DNA of 62,619 nt, the filler included. It is 5 parts of 5 records of this genome, joined end to end, with 100 filler letters (N's around TTAATTAATTAA, not from the genome) between each part and the next. Parts side by side here need not be neighbours in the genome. Positions count along the whole stretch, not along the records: positions 12,199 to 40,211 come from DRR723986_4094; 4 more parts are not named here. One strand, given 5' to 3'. Every line of letters starts with the position of its first letter. The stretch's first letter is position 1. Positions 20,810 through 30,055 of the stretch are shown here, piece after piece. The notes below the pieces were generated by a model. The model was given only the letters and a program-made list of their open reading frames with translations, was not told the origin of the DNA and made no database searches. Made by a program: the position numbers and the translations under genes.

Positions 20810-21781
20810 TTACTCCTTGCGCGCCTGTTGCAGGTAGACGGCGGCGATGATGATGCCCGCCTTGGCGATCAGCGCGACCTCGTCGGCGATGCCATTGGCC
20901 AGCAGGGTGTATTTCACCAGCTGGATGATGACCGCGCCCAGCACGGCGCCGAAGATCGGCGCGCGTCCGCCCTGCAGCAGCGTGCCGCCCACGACCGCTG
21001 CGGCGATGGCGTCCAGCTCCATGAGGTTGCCGATGCGGGCCGCGTCCGAGGCAGAGTTGATCGCCACGACGATCAGCCCCGCAAGCCCCGACAGCCCGGC
21101 ACAGATCACATAGGCTCCGATCTTGACCCGGTGCACCGGGATGCCCGACAGCCGCGCCGCGCGCTCGTTGCCGCCGACGGCCAGCAACTGCCGGCCAAAG
21201 ACCGACCGCGTGACGACCCAGAACAGCACCAGCGCGATCAGCAGCACCAGCCAGCCCTGAAACGGCAGGCCCAGCACGCGCCCGGTGCCAAGGTAGCTGA
21301 ACGAGGGGTTGGAGAAGGTCTGCAGGTTGCCGTTGGTCAGCACCTGCGCCAGCCCGCGCCCCGAGATGAAGAAGATCAGCGTGGCCACGATGGGCTGCAC
21401 GTTCAGCACGCTGACGAGGACGCCGTTGAAGACGCCGCAGCACAGCGCCACGAGGATCGGCACGAGGATCGACGCGGCCAGCCCCAGCCCGGGGTTGGCC
21501 GTGGCGAATTCCGACAGGAAGATCAGCGGCGCCAGCGCGCCCGACAGCGCCATCACCGCGCCGACGCTGAGGTCGATGCCGCCGGTGGCGATCACCAGCG
21601 TCATGCCCATCGCGACGATGGCGATGGTCGCCACTTGGCTGATGTTGACGAACAGCGTCTGCGTCTGAAGGAAGTTCGGCGTCACGGCGAGGTTGAACAG
21701 CACGATCGCGACCAGCGCCAGCAAGGCGCCGTGGCGGGAGGTATCGAAGCGCCCCCCCATCGAGGCAAGCGTCCGGGTCAC
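20810..21781 (-). CDS. Sugar ABC transporter permease (YtfT-like)
   Basis: [43 protein letters not shown]. Confidence 0.92.
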   Translation of the reverse strand: MTRTLASMGGRFDTSRHGALLALVAIVLFNLAVTPNFLQTQTLFVNISQVATIAIVAMGMTLVIATGGIDLSVGAVMALSGALAPLIFLSEFATANPGLGLAASILVPILVALCCGVFNGVLVSVLNVQPIVATLIFFISGRGLAQVLTNGNLQTFSNPSFSYLGTGRVLGLPFQGWLVLLIALVLFWVVTRSVFGRQLLAVGGNERAARLSGIPVHRVKIGAYVICAGLSGLAGLIVVAINSASDAARIGNLMELDAIAAAVVGGTLLQGGRAPIFGAVLGAVIIQLVKYTLLANGIADEVALIAKAGIIIAAVYLQQARKE

Positions 21782-23298
21782 GCGGCGTTCCTTTCGTGAT
21801 GATGTGCGATGGCGTTGATCAGGGCGCTTTCGGTCACGCCCGGGTTCCGCAATTCGCTGACCGACGCGCCATCCTGCAGCACCACGATGCGGTCGGCGCC
21901 TTCCACCAGCTCCTCGAATTCCGAACTGATGAGCAGCACGGCCAAGCCCTCGGCCACCTGCTTGCGGATGATCGACTGGATCTCGAACTTCGCCCCCACG
22001 TCGACGCCGCGCGTCGGTTCGTCGAGGATCAGCAGTTCGGGCTCCAGCGCCAGCCAGCGGGCCAGAAGAACCTTCTGCTGATTGCCACCCGACAATTCGC
22101 GGATCGGCTGCTCCATGCCCGAGGTCTTGATCTGCAGGGCCTCGATATAATGCTGCACCAGCTTGCGCTCGCGGTCGCGGTCCACCGCGCCCATGCGTTT
22201 CAGCTTTGGCAGCAGCGCGAGGGTGATGTTCTCGCGCACGGACATATGCGGGATGATGCCGTCGGCCTTGCGATCCTCGGTCAGGAAGCCCAGCCCGAGC
22301 GCGATGGCCTGCGCCGGCGTGTCCAGAGGCGCGCCGGAATGGTGGCGCACCGCCCCCTCGCTGAGCGCATCGAGGCCGAAGACCGCCCGCGCCGCCTCTG
22401 TCCGGCCCGACCCCAGCAATCCGCCCAGCCCCACGATCTCGCGCTTGCGGATGGTGAAGGAGGCGCCGCGCAACCCGGTCTTGCTGCGCAGGCCCTTGGC
22501 CTCCAGCAGCACTTCGCCGGGGTCGCTCTGCCCGCCGGACAGCGCGGTCACGCCCGCGGCCTGGATCTCGCTCGCATCGCGGCCCAGCATTTCCGAAACC
22601 AGCCCCAGCTTGGTGGTCCCGGCGACCTCATGCGTGGCGACCGTCCGGCCATCGCGCATGATCGTGACGCGGTCGCAGATCTGGTAAAGCTCGTTCAGGA
22701 AATGCGAGATATAAAGCACCGCAACGCCCGAGGCCTTCAGGCTTCGCACCACGGAAAACAGCGTCGCGATCTCCTGATCGTCGAGCGAGGATGTCGCCTC
22801 GTCCATGATGACCAGCCTGGCATCCAGCGACACCGCCCGCGCAATGGCGACCAACTGCTGGATGGCGGTGGAGTAGCTGCCCAGCGGGCGCGTCACATCC
22901 ACGTCGACGCCGAAGCGCGCAAGGATCTCGCGGGTGCGGGCATGGGCGGCCTTCCAGTCGATCAGGCCAAGCCGGGTGCGCGGCTCGTAACCCATGACGA
23001 CGTTCTCCGTCACGCTGCGCAGGGGCACGAGGCTGAGTTCCTGATAGATGGTGGCGATGCCCGCATCCTGCGCCTCGCGCGGGGTGGTGATGGTCAGCGG
23101 CGCTCCGTTCATCCGCACGTCGCCCGCGTCGCGGCGGTAGACGCCGGTCAGGATCTTGATCAGCGTCGATTTCCCGGCGCCGTTCTGGCCGATGATCGCG
23201 TGCACCTCGCCCGGGCGGATGGCAAGGCTGGCATCCTTCAAGGCGACGATGCCGGCAAAGGATTTCCCGATGCCCGTCATCTCGATGAGGTCAGTCAT
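21778..23298 (-). CDS. Sugar ABC transporter ATP-binding protein (tandem NBD)
   Basis: [31 protein letters not shown]. Confidence 0.95.
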   Translation of the reverse strand: MTDLIEMTGIGKSFAGIVALKDASLAIRPGEVHAIIGQNGAGKSTLIKILTGVYRRDAGDVRMNGAPLTITTPREAQDAGIATIYQELSLVPLRSVTENVVMGYEPRTRLGLIDWKAAHARTREILARFGVDVDVTRPLGSYSTAIQQLVAIARAVSLDARLVIMDEATSSLDDQEIATLFSVVRSLKASGVAVLYISHFLNELYQICDRVTIMRDGRTVATHEVAGTTKLGLVSEMLGRDASEIQAAGVTALSGGQSDPGEVLLEAKGLRSKTGLRGASFTIRKREIVGLGGLLGSGRTEAARAVFGLDALSEGAVRHHSGAPLDTPAQAIALGLGFLTEDRKADGIIPHMSVRENITLALLPKLKRMGAVDRDRERKLVQHYIEALQIKTSGMEQPIRELSGGNQQKVLLARWLALEPELLILDEPTRGVDVGAKFEIQSIIRKQVAEGLAVLLISSEFEELVEGADRIVVLQDGASVSELRNPGVTESALINAIAHHHERNAA

Positions 23299-23357
23299 GT
23301 GGTATCCGATCGTGAAAGACCGGAGGACGCGGCAAAGGCGTCCTCCGGAGACAAGCC

Positions 23358-24332
23358 TCAGTAGGCTTCGTCGATGTGGTCGGCCGCGTTGTCCCGGGTG
23401 AAGACGCGGTCTTCGACCTGGACCCAGCCGGGGATCTCCTCACCGGCGGCGTATTTCTTCATCACCTCGCAGGCCAGCGGCCCGAAGAAGGGCGAGCTTT
23501 CCACCGTGACGCCCATCTTGCCGTCGATGATCGCCTGAAGCGCATCACGGGTGCCGTCGATGGACACGATGGTCACGTCCTCGCCCGGCTTGCGGCCCGC
23601 CAGTTCCAGCGCCTGAATCGCGCCGATGGCCATTTCGTCGTTGTGGGCATAGACGACATTGACGTCCGGATGCGCCTGCAGCAGCGTTTCCATGACCTGA
23701 CGGCCCATGTCGCGGGCGAAGTCGCCGGTCTGGCTGGCGACGATCTCGAAGCGGTCGTCCTGCGCGATCCGGTCGTCGAAGCCCTTCTTGCGGTCGTTGG
23801 CGGGCGAGGAGCCGGTGGTGCCCTCGAGTTCCACGATCACGCCCTTCTCGCCGTCGAAGTTCTCGATCAGCCACTCGGCCGCGCGCTCGCCCTGGTCGAT
23901 GAAGTCGGACCCGAGGAAGGCCACGAAATGCTCGCCCGCCTTGGCGACGTTCGGATCGACGGAGCGGTCGACGAGGAAGGTGGGGATGCCCGCGGCCTTG
24001 GCCTTCATCACGGCGGGGATCAGCGGCTTTTCCTCGCGCGGGGGCAGGAAGAGCACGTCGATGCCCTGGGCGATCATGCTGTCCACATCGGCCACCTGCT
24101 TCGCGGCGGAGCCTGCGGCATCGGTGGCGATCAGGTCCCAGTTGCAGGCCTCGGCGGTGTCGTGGAACGACTTGGTTTCCGCGATGCGCCACGGGTTGTT
24201 GCTTTCCATCTGCGCGAAGCCGACCTTGTAGCGCTCCTTCTGCGCCAGCGGCGGGGTTTCGGCGCCGGCAATCCCTGCGCCCATTGCGACCAGCGCCGAA
24301 AGCGCGGTGCCCAGAACCATACGTCTCTTCAT
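23358..24332 (-). CDS. Periplasmic sugar-binding protein (YtfQ-like)
   Basis: Signal peptide; VGFAQMESNNPWRIAET, ELEGTTGSSPANDRKKGF, AHNDEMAIGA, SIDG. Confidence 0.9.
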   Translation of the reverse strand: MKRRMVLGTALSALVAMGAGIAGAETPPLAQKERYKVGFAQMESNNPWRIAETKSFHDTAEACNWDLIATDAAGSAAKQVADVDSMIAQGIDVLFLPPREEKPLIPAVMKAKAAGIPTFLVDRSVDPNVAKAGEHFVAFLGSDFIDQGERAAEWLIENFDGEKGVIVELEGTTGSSPANDRKKGFDDRIAQDDRFEIVASQTGDFARDMGRQVMETLLQAHPDVNVVYAHNDEMAIGAIQALELAGRKPGEDVTIVSIDGTRDALQAIIDGKMGVTVESSPFFGPLACEVMKKYAAGEEIPGWVQVEDRVFTRDNAADHIDEAY

Positions 24333-24386
24333 GTCATTTCCTCCCAGAAAATGCGGCGTTTCTTCGTGGTGCCGCGGCGAACCGGT

Positions 24387-25847
24387 CTATTCCCAGTTCA
24401 TGTAAAGGGTCTGCTTGCGCAGATACCCGTCGAAGCCGTATTTCCCGTCTTCCCCGCCAAGGCCCGAGTGCCCCCAGCCGTTGTGAAACGCCTGAAACTG
24501 CTCGCCATTGGCGCGGTTGACGTAGATCTCGCCGAAGTTGAGCCGGTAGGGTGCCTGCATCAGGCGCCGGTGGTTCTGCGTGAAGATGTAGGCAGACAGC
24601 CCGTAATCGGTGTCGTTCGCCATGTGCAGGGCGGTGTCGAAGTCATCCACGCGCACCGCGGGCACCACCGGGCCAAAGACCTCCTGCTGGATCACGGGCG
24701 AGGCGTTGTCCTTCACTTCGAGCACGGTCGGCGCGTACCAATGGCCGCGCAGATAGGGGCCTTCGGTCAGCGGCCCGCCCTCCAGCAGGACCTCTGCGCC
24801 CCCGGCCACGGCGGCATCGACGATGGACTTGACCTTGTCGACCTCGGCGCCGCTGACCTTGGGGCCCATGTCGGGGTCGGTCATCGGGTCGCCGATGGTC
24901 AGCGCGCGCGAGGCGGCGACGAATTTCTCGAGGAATTCATCGGCGATGTCCTTGTGCAGGTACATCCGCTCGTTGCAGGTGCAGATCTGGCCGCAGTTGG
25001 TGTAGCGGGCCGTGACCGCGGCGGCGACGGCGCGGTCGATCCGGGCATCCTCCATGACGATGAAGGGCGCCTTGCCGCCCAGTTCCAGCCGCAGCACCTT
25101 CATCTCGTCCGCCGCAGAGCGGAAGATCTCGCGCCCGGCGCGGTTCGATCCGGTCATGGAGATCAGGGCGGTATCGGGGTGCTCGACGAGGGCCCGCCCC
25201 ACCACGGCGCCGCGCCCCGTCACGACGTTGAGGACGCCCGCCGGGATGCCCGCCTCTTCGGCCAGCGCGGCGATGAAGAGGCCCGAGAAGGGCGTGATCT
25301 CATGCGCCAGCAGGACGAAGGCATTCCCTGCCACCAGCGCCGGTCCGATCTTGCGCGCCGCCAGTGCCGCCGGGTAGTTCCATGCGGTCAGGCCGACGAC
25401 CACGCCGTAGGGATGGCGGCGGATCTGGATCTCCTCGTCGGGATTGTCTGAGGCGATGATGTCCCCCTCGATCCGCCGCGCGTTTTCGGCGGCATGGTCG
25501 AGGAACCCCACCACGGCGCCCACTTCGCCCCGCGCCTGACCGATCGGCTTGCCCTGCTCGCGGGTGATGAGGACGGCAAGCTCTTCGGCCCGCCCCGACA
25601 CCAGCTGCGCCAGCTTGCGCACCGCGCGGCCACGCTCCACCGCCGGGCGGGCGACCCATGCAGGCTGCGCCTTGCGGGCGGCGGCCACGGCGCGGGCGGC
25701 ATCCTCTGCGCTGCCCTCCGGGATCGTGCCGATGATCGTGTCATCCGCCGGGTTCTCGACTTCTATCAGCGCGCCGGGACGCGGCGCGATCCACTGGCCG
25801 CCGATCAGCATCCGCGCGTCGATGGCTTGGGTGGTTTCGAATATCAT
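24387..25847 (-). CDS. Aldehyde dehydrogenase (AldA-like); putative 3,6-anhydro-galactose dehydrogenase
   Basis: TAWNYP, MTGS, LELGGKAP, NCGQICTCNER, EVFGP, GEIYVNR..GEQ..FHNG..SG.GGEDGKYG; substrate from cluster context. Confidence 0.85.
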   Translation of the reverse strand: MIFETTQAIDARMLIGGQWIAPRPGALIEVENPADDTIIGTIPEGSAEDAARAVAAARKAQPAWVARPAVERGRAVRKLAQLVSGRAEELAVLITREQGKPIGQARGEVGAVVGFLDHAAENARRIEGDIIASDNPDEEIQIRRHPYGVVVGLTAWNYPAALAARKIGPALVAGNAFVLLAHEITPFSGLFIAALAEEAGIPAGVLNVVTGRGAVVGRALVEHPDTALISMTGSNRAGREIFRSAADEMKVLRLELGGKAPFIVMEDARIDRAVAAAVTARYTNCGQICTCNERMYLHKDIADEFLEKFVAASRALTIGDPMTDPDMGPKVSGAEVDKVKSIVDAAVAGGAEVLLEGGPLTEGPYLRGHWYAPTVLEVKDNASPVIQQEVFGPVVPAVRVDDFDTALHMANDTDYGLSAYIFTQNHRRLMQAPYRLNFGEIYVNRANGEQFQAFHNGWGHSGLGGEDGKYGFDGYLRKQTLYMNWE

Positions 25848-25856
25848 CTGCGTCCC

Positions 25857-25871
25857 TTTGGTATGACCAAA
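25857..25871. promoter_or_regulatory. FadR/PdhR-type operator 1
   Basis: Palindrome TTTGGT-ATG-ACCAAA about 10 nt upstream of the ALDH start. Confidence 0.75.
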
Positions 25872-25963
25872 TTTACGCAAACATCGAATCAAACGCGCGA
25901 TCCGTCAACTGAAAACTTCAGATATTGCGGTTCACCGGCAGGTATGCCTTCATGCGGCCTATA

Positions 25964-25978
25964 TTTGGTAGGTCCAAA
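25964..25978. promoter_or_regulatory. FadR/PdhR-type operator 2
   Basis: TTTGGT-AGG-TCCAAA just before the GGGAGG RBS of the GMC gene. Confidence 0.7.
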
Positions 25979-25991
25979 ATGGGAGGCAAAG

Positions 25992-27608
25992 GTGGAAGAG
26001 TTCGACCATATCGTCATTGGCGGCGGGGCCGCGGGCTGCGTCGCCGCCGGTCGTTTGGCTTCGGATGGCGGGGCGCGGGTCCTGCTGCTGGAGGCGGGGT
26101 ATTCCAACCGGCACCCCTTGCTCGACATGCCGCCCGGCATCTTCAAGATGATCAACGGCACCCGCTTCATGCGCTACCACAAGACGGTGCCGCAGGCGCA
26201 TCTGGGCGGGCGGGTGCATGACATCCCGCAGGGCCATGTCCTTGGCGGCGGCTCTTCGGTGAACGCGCAGGTCTACATGCGCGGGCGGCCCTCGGATTAC
26301 GACGGCTGGCAGGCGCGGCTGCACGGCTCCAACGACCCCGTGGATTGGAGCTGGGAGGCGGTGCTGCCCCACTTCCGCCGGATGGAGGGCAACAACCGCC
26401 TGCACGACGACCGCCACGGCGCCGAGGGGCCGCTGCTGGTGTCCGACCCGGGCCATATCGACGGCCTGTCGCGGCTTTTCGTGCAGGCGGTTCAGGGGCT
26501 GGGGCTGCCCTTCACCCATGACTTCAACGGCGCGCGGCAGACCGGCGTCGGCTTCTACCAGTTCATGAACCGCAACGGGCGGCGCTCTTCGGCCGCCTAT
26601 GCCTATGTCACCCCGCAGAAGGACAACCCGAACCTGACCGTCAGGCTGCGGGCAGAGGTGTCGCGCATCGACATCGAAAACGGGCGCGCCGTGGGCGTCA
26701 CCTACCGCGACAGGACCGGCGCGCATCGGGTGCGCTGCAACGGCGAGGTGATCCTGTCCGCCGGCTCCCTCGTGACGCCCAAGATCCTGATGCTGTCCGG
26801 GATCGGCCCCGCCGATCACCTTGCCGCGCACGGCATCGCCTGCCTCGCCGATCTGCCCGGCGTCGGCCAGAACCTCGTCGATCACCCCGAAGTGCCGATC
26901 ACCGCGCGGGTCAACGGCCCCTATGGCTATTTCAGGCAGGGCGAGGGCTGGCGGATGCTGCGCAACGGGGTGCAGTTCAAGCTCTTCGGCTCCGGTCCCG
27001 TCACCTCGGCCGGGGTCGAGGCGGGCGCCTTCGTGAATCCCGCCGACCCCGAGGGCGACCCGACGATCCAGGCCTTCTGCGTGCCCATCGTCTACGTCGA
27101 CCGCGACACGCGCGATCTGGTCGAGGATGGCCACGGGCTGACCGTCACCACGGTGGTCGTCAAGCCACGCTCGCGCGGAGAGGTGCGGCTGGCCTCCGCG
27201 GACCCGGCGGCCATGCCGCTGCTCTCGCCCAACCTGCTGAAGGACCCCGCCGACATGGACGAGATGGTGGCGGGTCAGCGCTATTTCCTGCGCGCCTTCG
27301 AACAGGCCCCGCTGGCCGACAAGATCGACCGCGTGATGCTGCCCGCCCCCGACCAGCGCGACGACGAGGGCCTGCGCGCCTATTGCCGCCGCTTCGTCAA
27401 GACGAACTACCACCCCGCCGGCACCGCCCGCATGGGGCGCGATGGCGATCCGATGGCGGTGCTCGATCCGCGGATGCGTGTGCGCGGGATCGACGGTCTG
27501 CGGGTTTGCGATCTGTCTGCGATGCCGGATATCAATGCCGGAAACACACAGGCGCCCGCGATGATGCTGGGCGACAGATGCGCCGATCTGGTGATGGGTG
27601 TACTGTAA
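25992..27608 (+). CDS. GMC-family FAD oxidoreductase
   Basis: GTG start after GGGAGG; IGGGAAG, LLLEAG, LGGGSSVNAQVYMRG, LMLSGIGP, YHPAGTARMG, GNT; no signal peptide seen. Confidence 0.93.
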   Translation: MEEFDHIVIGGGAAGCVAAGRLASDGGARVLLLEAGYSNRHPLLDMPPGIFKMINGTRFMRYHKTVPQAHLGGRVHDIPQGHVLGGGSSVNAQVYMRGRPSDYDGWQARLHGSNDPVDWSWEAVLPHFRRMEGNNRLHDDRHGAEGPLLVSDPGHIDGLSRLFVQAVQGLGLPFTHDFNGARQTGVGFYQFMNRNGRRSSAAYAYVTPQKDNPNLTVRLRAEVSRIDIENGRAVGVTYRDRTGAHRVRCNGEVILSAGSLVTPKILMLSGIGPADHLAAHGIACLADLPGVGQNLVDHPEVPITARVNGPYGYFRQGEGWRMLRNGVQFKLFGSGPVTSAGVEAGAFVNPADPEGDPTIQAFCVPIVYVDRDTRDLVEDGHGLTVTTVVVKPRSRGEVRLASADPAAMPLLSPNLLKDPADMDEMVAGQRYFLRAFEQAPLADKIDRVMLPAPDQRDDEGLRAYCRRFVKTNYHPAGTARMGRDGDPMAVLDPRMRVRGIDGLRVCDLSAMPDINAGNTQAPAMMLGDRCADLVMGVL

Positions 27609-27618
27609 GGACCAGCGG

Positions 27619-28350
27619 ATGACGGAGACCCTCATGCCCGGGACGAACGAGAGCAAATTGGGACGCGCCGCCGATACGGTCGTGCGACAGCTTTCCGCGA
27701 AGATCCAGTCGGGCGAATATTCCGACGGCACCCCCCTGCCCCCCGAACGCCTTCTGATGGAGGAATTCGGCATCAGTCGCACCGTGGTCCGCGAAGCGGT
27801 GCAGAGCCTGTCGAAACAGGGATTGCTCGAAGCCCGCCCCCGACACCGCCCGATCGTGCGCAAACCCGGCTACGATGCGGCGATCTCGGCGATGGAATCC
27901 GTGGTGAGCCATCTGCTGACCGACTCGGGCGGGGTGAAGAACCTGTTCGACACCCGTATCCTGATGGAGGCCGCGCTGGTGCGGCAGGCCGCGCAACAGG
28001 CGCGCAAGGACGACATCGCGGCGCTGAAGGCCGCGCTCGAGGCGAACGAGGCCGCCATCGACGACAGCGAGGAATTCTACCGCACCGACCGGGCCTTCCA
28101 CGCGCTGCTCTATGAGATTCCGCGCAACCCCGTGCTTCCGGCGCTGCACAAGGCCTATGTCACATGGCTGGCGCCGCAGTGGTCGCGGATGCCGCGCCTG
28201 CCGGAACGCAACCGCGCCAACTTCGAGGCGCACGAGCGGATCTTCGACGCCATCCTGATGCGCGATCCCGACGGTGCCGAGGCCGCCCTGCGCAGCCATC
28301 TGGAACAGGCCTGGGATCAGGTCTGCAAAACCTTCGGGGATGACCTTTAG
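27619..28350 (+). CDS. GntR/FadR-family transcriptional regulator (FCD domain)
   Basis: LPPERLLMEEFGISRTVVREA wHTH; DRAFH, EAHERIFDAI..RDPDGAEAALRSHL. Confidence 0.95.
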   Translation: MTETLMPGTNESKLGRAADTVVRQLSAKIQSGEYSDGTPLPPERLLMEEFGISRTVVREAVQSLSKQGLLEARPRHRPIVRKPGYDAAISAMESVVSHLLTDSGGVKNLFDTRILMEAALVRQAAQQARKDDIAALKAALEANEAAIDDSEEFYRTDRAFHALLYEIPRNPVLPALHKAYVTWLAPQWSRMPRLPERNRANFEAHERIFDAILMRDPDGAEAALRSHLEQAWDQVCKTFGDDL

Positions 28351-28852
28351 GTTCGGGTCTTGTTGGATTTTGGGCCAGAGGAACGCGGGTCGTCGTGGGG
28401 CTCTGCATCCAGAGGGGCCTGTCGACGGTCTTCACGCGATGGCCGGATTGGCGCCCGACTTCGGGATTTTGCCGATCAGGGCTGACTCGGTCCGGCGCTC
28501 CAGTGCAGGACGCCCCTCCCCCCGGATCATGCGCCTGGCCACCAATCGGCTTCCCGTCGATACGCGTCCGGTCGGGCGAGCGGTCAGGACCCCCGCTCAG
28601 GCCGATAGGGGCGCAAACCCCTGTAAAGACTGGACAACGCGCCATATGACATGGAGGCGCGCGCCCCGCCCTTCGGGTCGCCTCTGCGATCGCCCTCCCC
28701 CGCGGTCCGCAGCCTGTGGAAAAAAATGTTGTTAAACGAAATCTTGCGTGCAATTAAGTGAGTTGACGCCAGACGACGAAAACCGCGCCGTTTAGCGTCG
28801 AGAGGCAAGCGGCCCGACAAGAGGCCGCCCTACAGAGCGGGACATCGGAACA

Positions 28853-30055
28853 ATGACACTGTCCGACAACAGTACAAGCGCCTTCAGTGTAAGCGCGGCG
28901 ATTGCTGCCAATGCGGCACGCCTGTCGCAGGCGCTGAACGATCACATGCGCAACAGCTTTCAGCCCGAAAGCCGCAAGGCGCTGCGGCGGTTCAGCGCGG
29001 CCGAGGTCTCTGAACTGACCGGCATCAGCATGTCGAACCTGCGAACCCGGCATCAGGACGGGGATTTTCCGGAGGTCGAAACCGACACCCGGGGGCGCCG
29101 CTTCTACACCGCCGAGGAAATCGACAAGATCCGCCACATCATGGCCCGCACCGGCCGCAATGGCGACGCCTACCTGCCGGGACGCCGCGACGGCGACAAG
29201 CTGCAGGTCATCAGCATCGTCAACTTCAAGGGCGGCTCGTCCAAGACGACATCGGCCATCCACCTCGCCCAGCGGTACGCCCTGCGCGGCTATCGGGTGC
29301 TGGCGCTGGACATGGACCCGCAGGCCTCTCTGACGACCATGTTCGGCTACCGGCCGGAACTGGAATTCGCCGAGTCTGGCACGATCTACGACGCGCTGCG
29401 CTATCAGGACCCGGTCCCGTTGAGCCGTGTGATCCGCAAGACCTACTTCCACAACCTCGACCTTGCGCCCGCCGGGCTGATGCTGTCGGAATACGAGACA
29501 GAGACCGCTTATGCGCTGCAACACCGGGTCGAGCCGGCGTTCACCCAGCGTCTGACCATCGCCCTCGATGAGGTCGAGGCCGACTACGACCTCGTCATCA
29601 TAGACTGCCCGCCCCAGTTGGGGTTCACGACGATGTCGGCGCTGCTGGCCTCCACCGGGCTCTTGATCACGGTCGTGCCGTCCATGCTGGACGTGGCCTC
29701 CATGGCCCAGTTCCTCGAAATGGCCGGAGAGACGATCCGCGCGCTCGAAGAGGTCTCTGGCTCCATCGACTGGGATTTCCTGAAGTTCCTCGTCGCCCGG
29801 TTCGAACCGACGGACGTGCCGCAATCGCAGATGGCGGGGTTCCTGCGCTCCATCCTGCTGGATCAGGTCCTGACGACCCCGATGCTGAAGTCGACCGCGA
29901 TTTCCGATGCCGGGATGACCCAGCAGACCGTCTACGAGATCGACCCGAGCCAGGTCGTGCGCAAGACATTGGAGCGTGTGCTCGAAAGCGTGAACGGCGT
30001 GGCGGATGAATTCGAGGCCACGATACAGGCCGCATGGGGACGGAGGACTGACTGA
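28853..30055 (+). CDS. repA: Plasmid partitioning ATPase RepA
   Basis: N-terminal HTH, NFKGGSSKTT, DMDPQASL, IDCPPQLG, MLKSTAISDAG. Confidence 0.96.
   Translation: MTLSDNSTSAFSVSAAIAANAARLSQALNDHMRNSFQPESRKALRRFSAAEVSELTGISMSNLRTRHQDGDFPEVETDTRGRRFYTAEEIDKIRHIMARTGRNGDAYLPGRRDGDKLQVISIVNFKGGSSKTTSAIHLAQRYALRGYRVLALDMDPQASLTTMFGYRPELEFAESGTIYDALRYQDPVPLSRVIRKTYFHNLDLAPAGLMLSEYETETAYALQHRVEPAFTQRLTIALDEVEADYDLVIIDCPPQLGFTTMSALLASTGLLITVVPSMLDVASMAQFLEMAGETIRALEEVSGSIDWDFLKFLVARFEPTDVPQSQMAGFLRSILLDQVLTTPMLKSTAISDAGMTQQTVYEIDPSQVVRKTLERVLESVNGVADEFEATIQAAWGRRTD

Noticed and set aside
18714-21443. 909-aa ORF suggesting a fusion to the cycloisomerase
   Set aside because: N-terminal ~540 aa is an off-frame read through two permease genes in GC-rich DNA; real start is 19814
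28351-28852. Possible IS scar or small ORFs between regulator and repA
   Set aside because: ORFs are low-complexity without RBS or motifs; no matching ends with the left flank; likely includes the repA promoter
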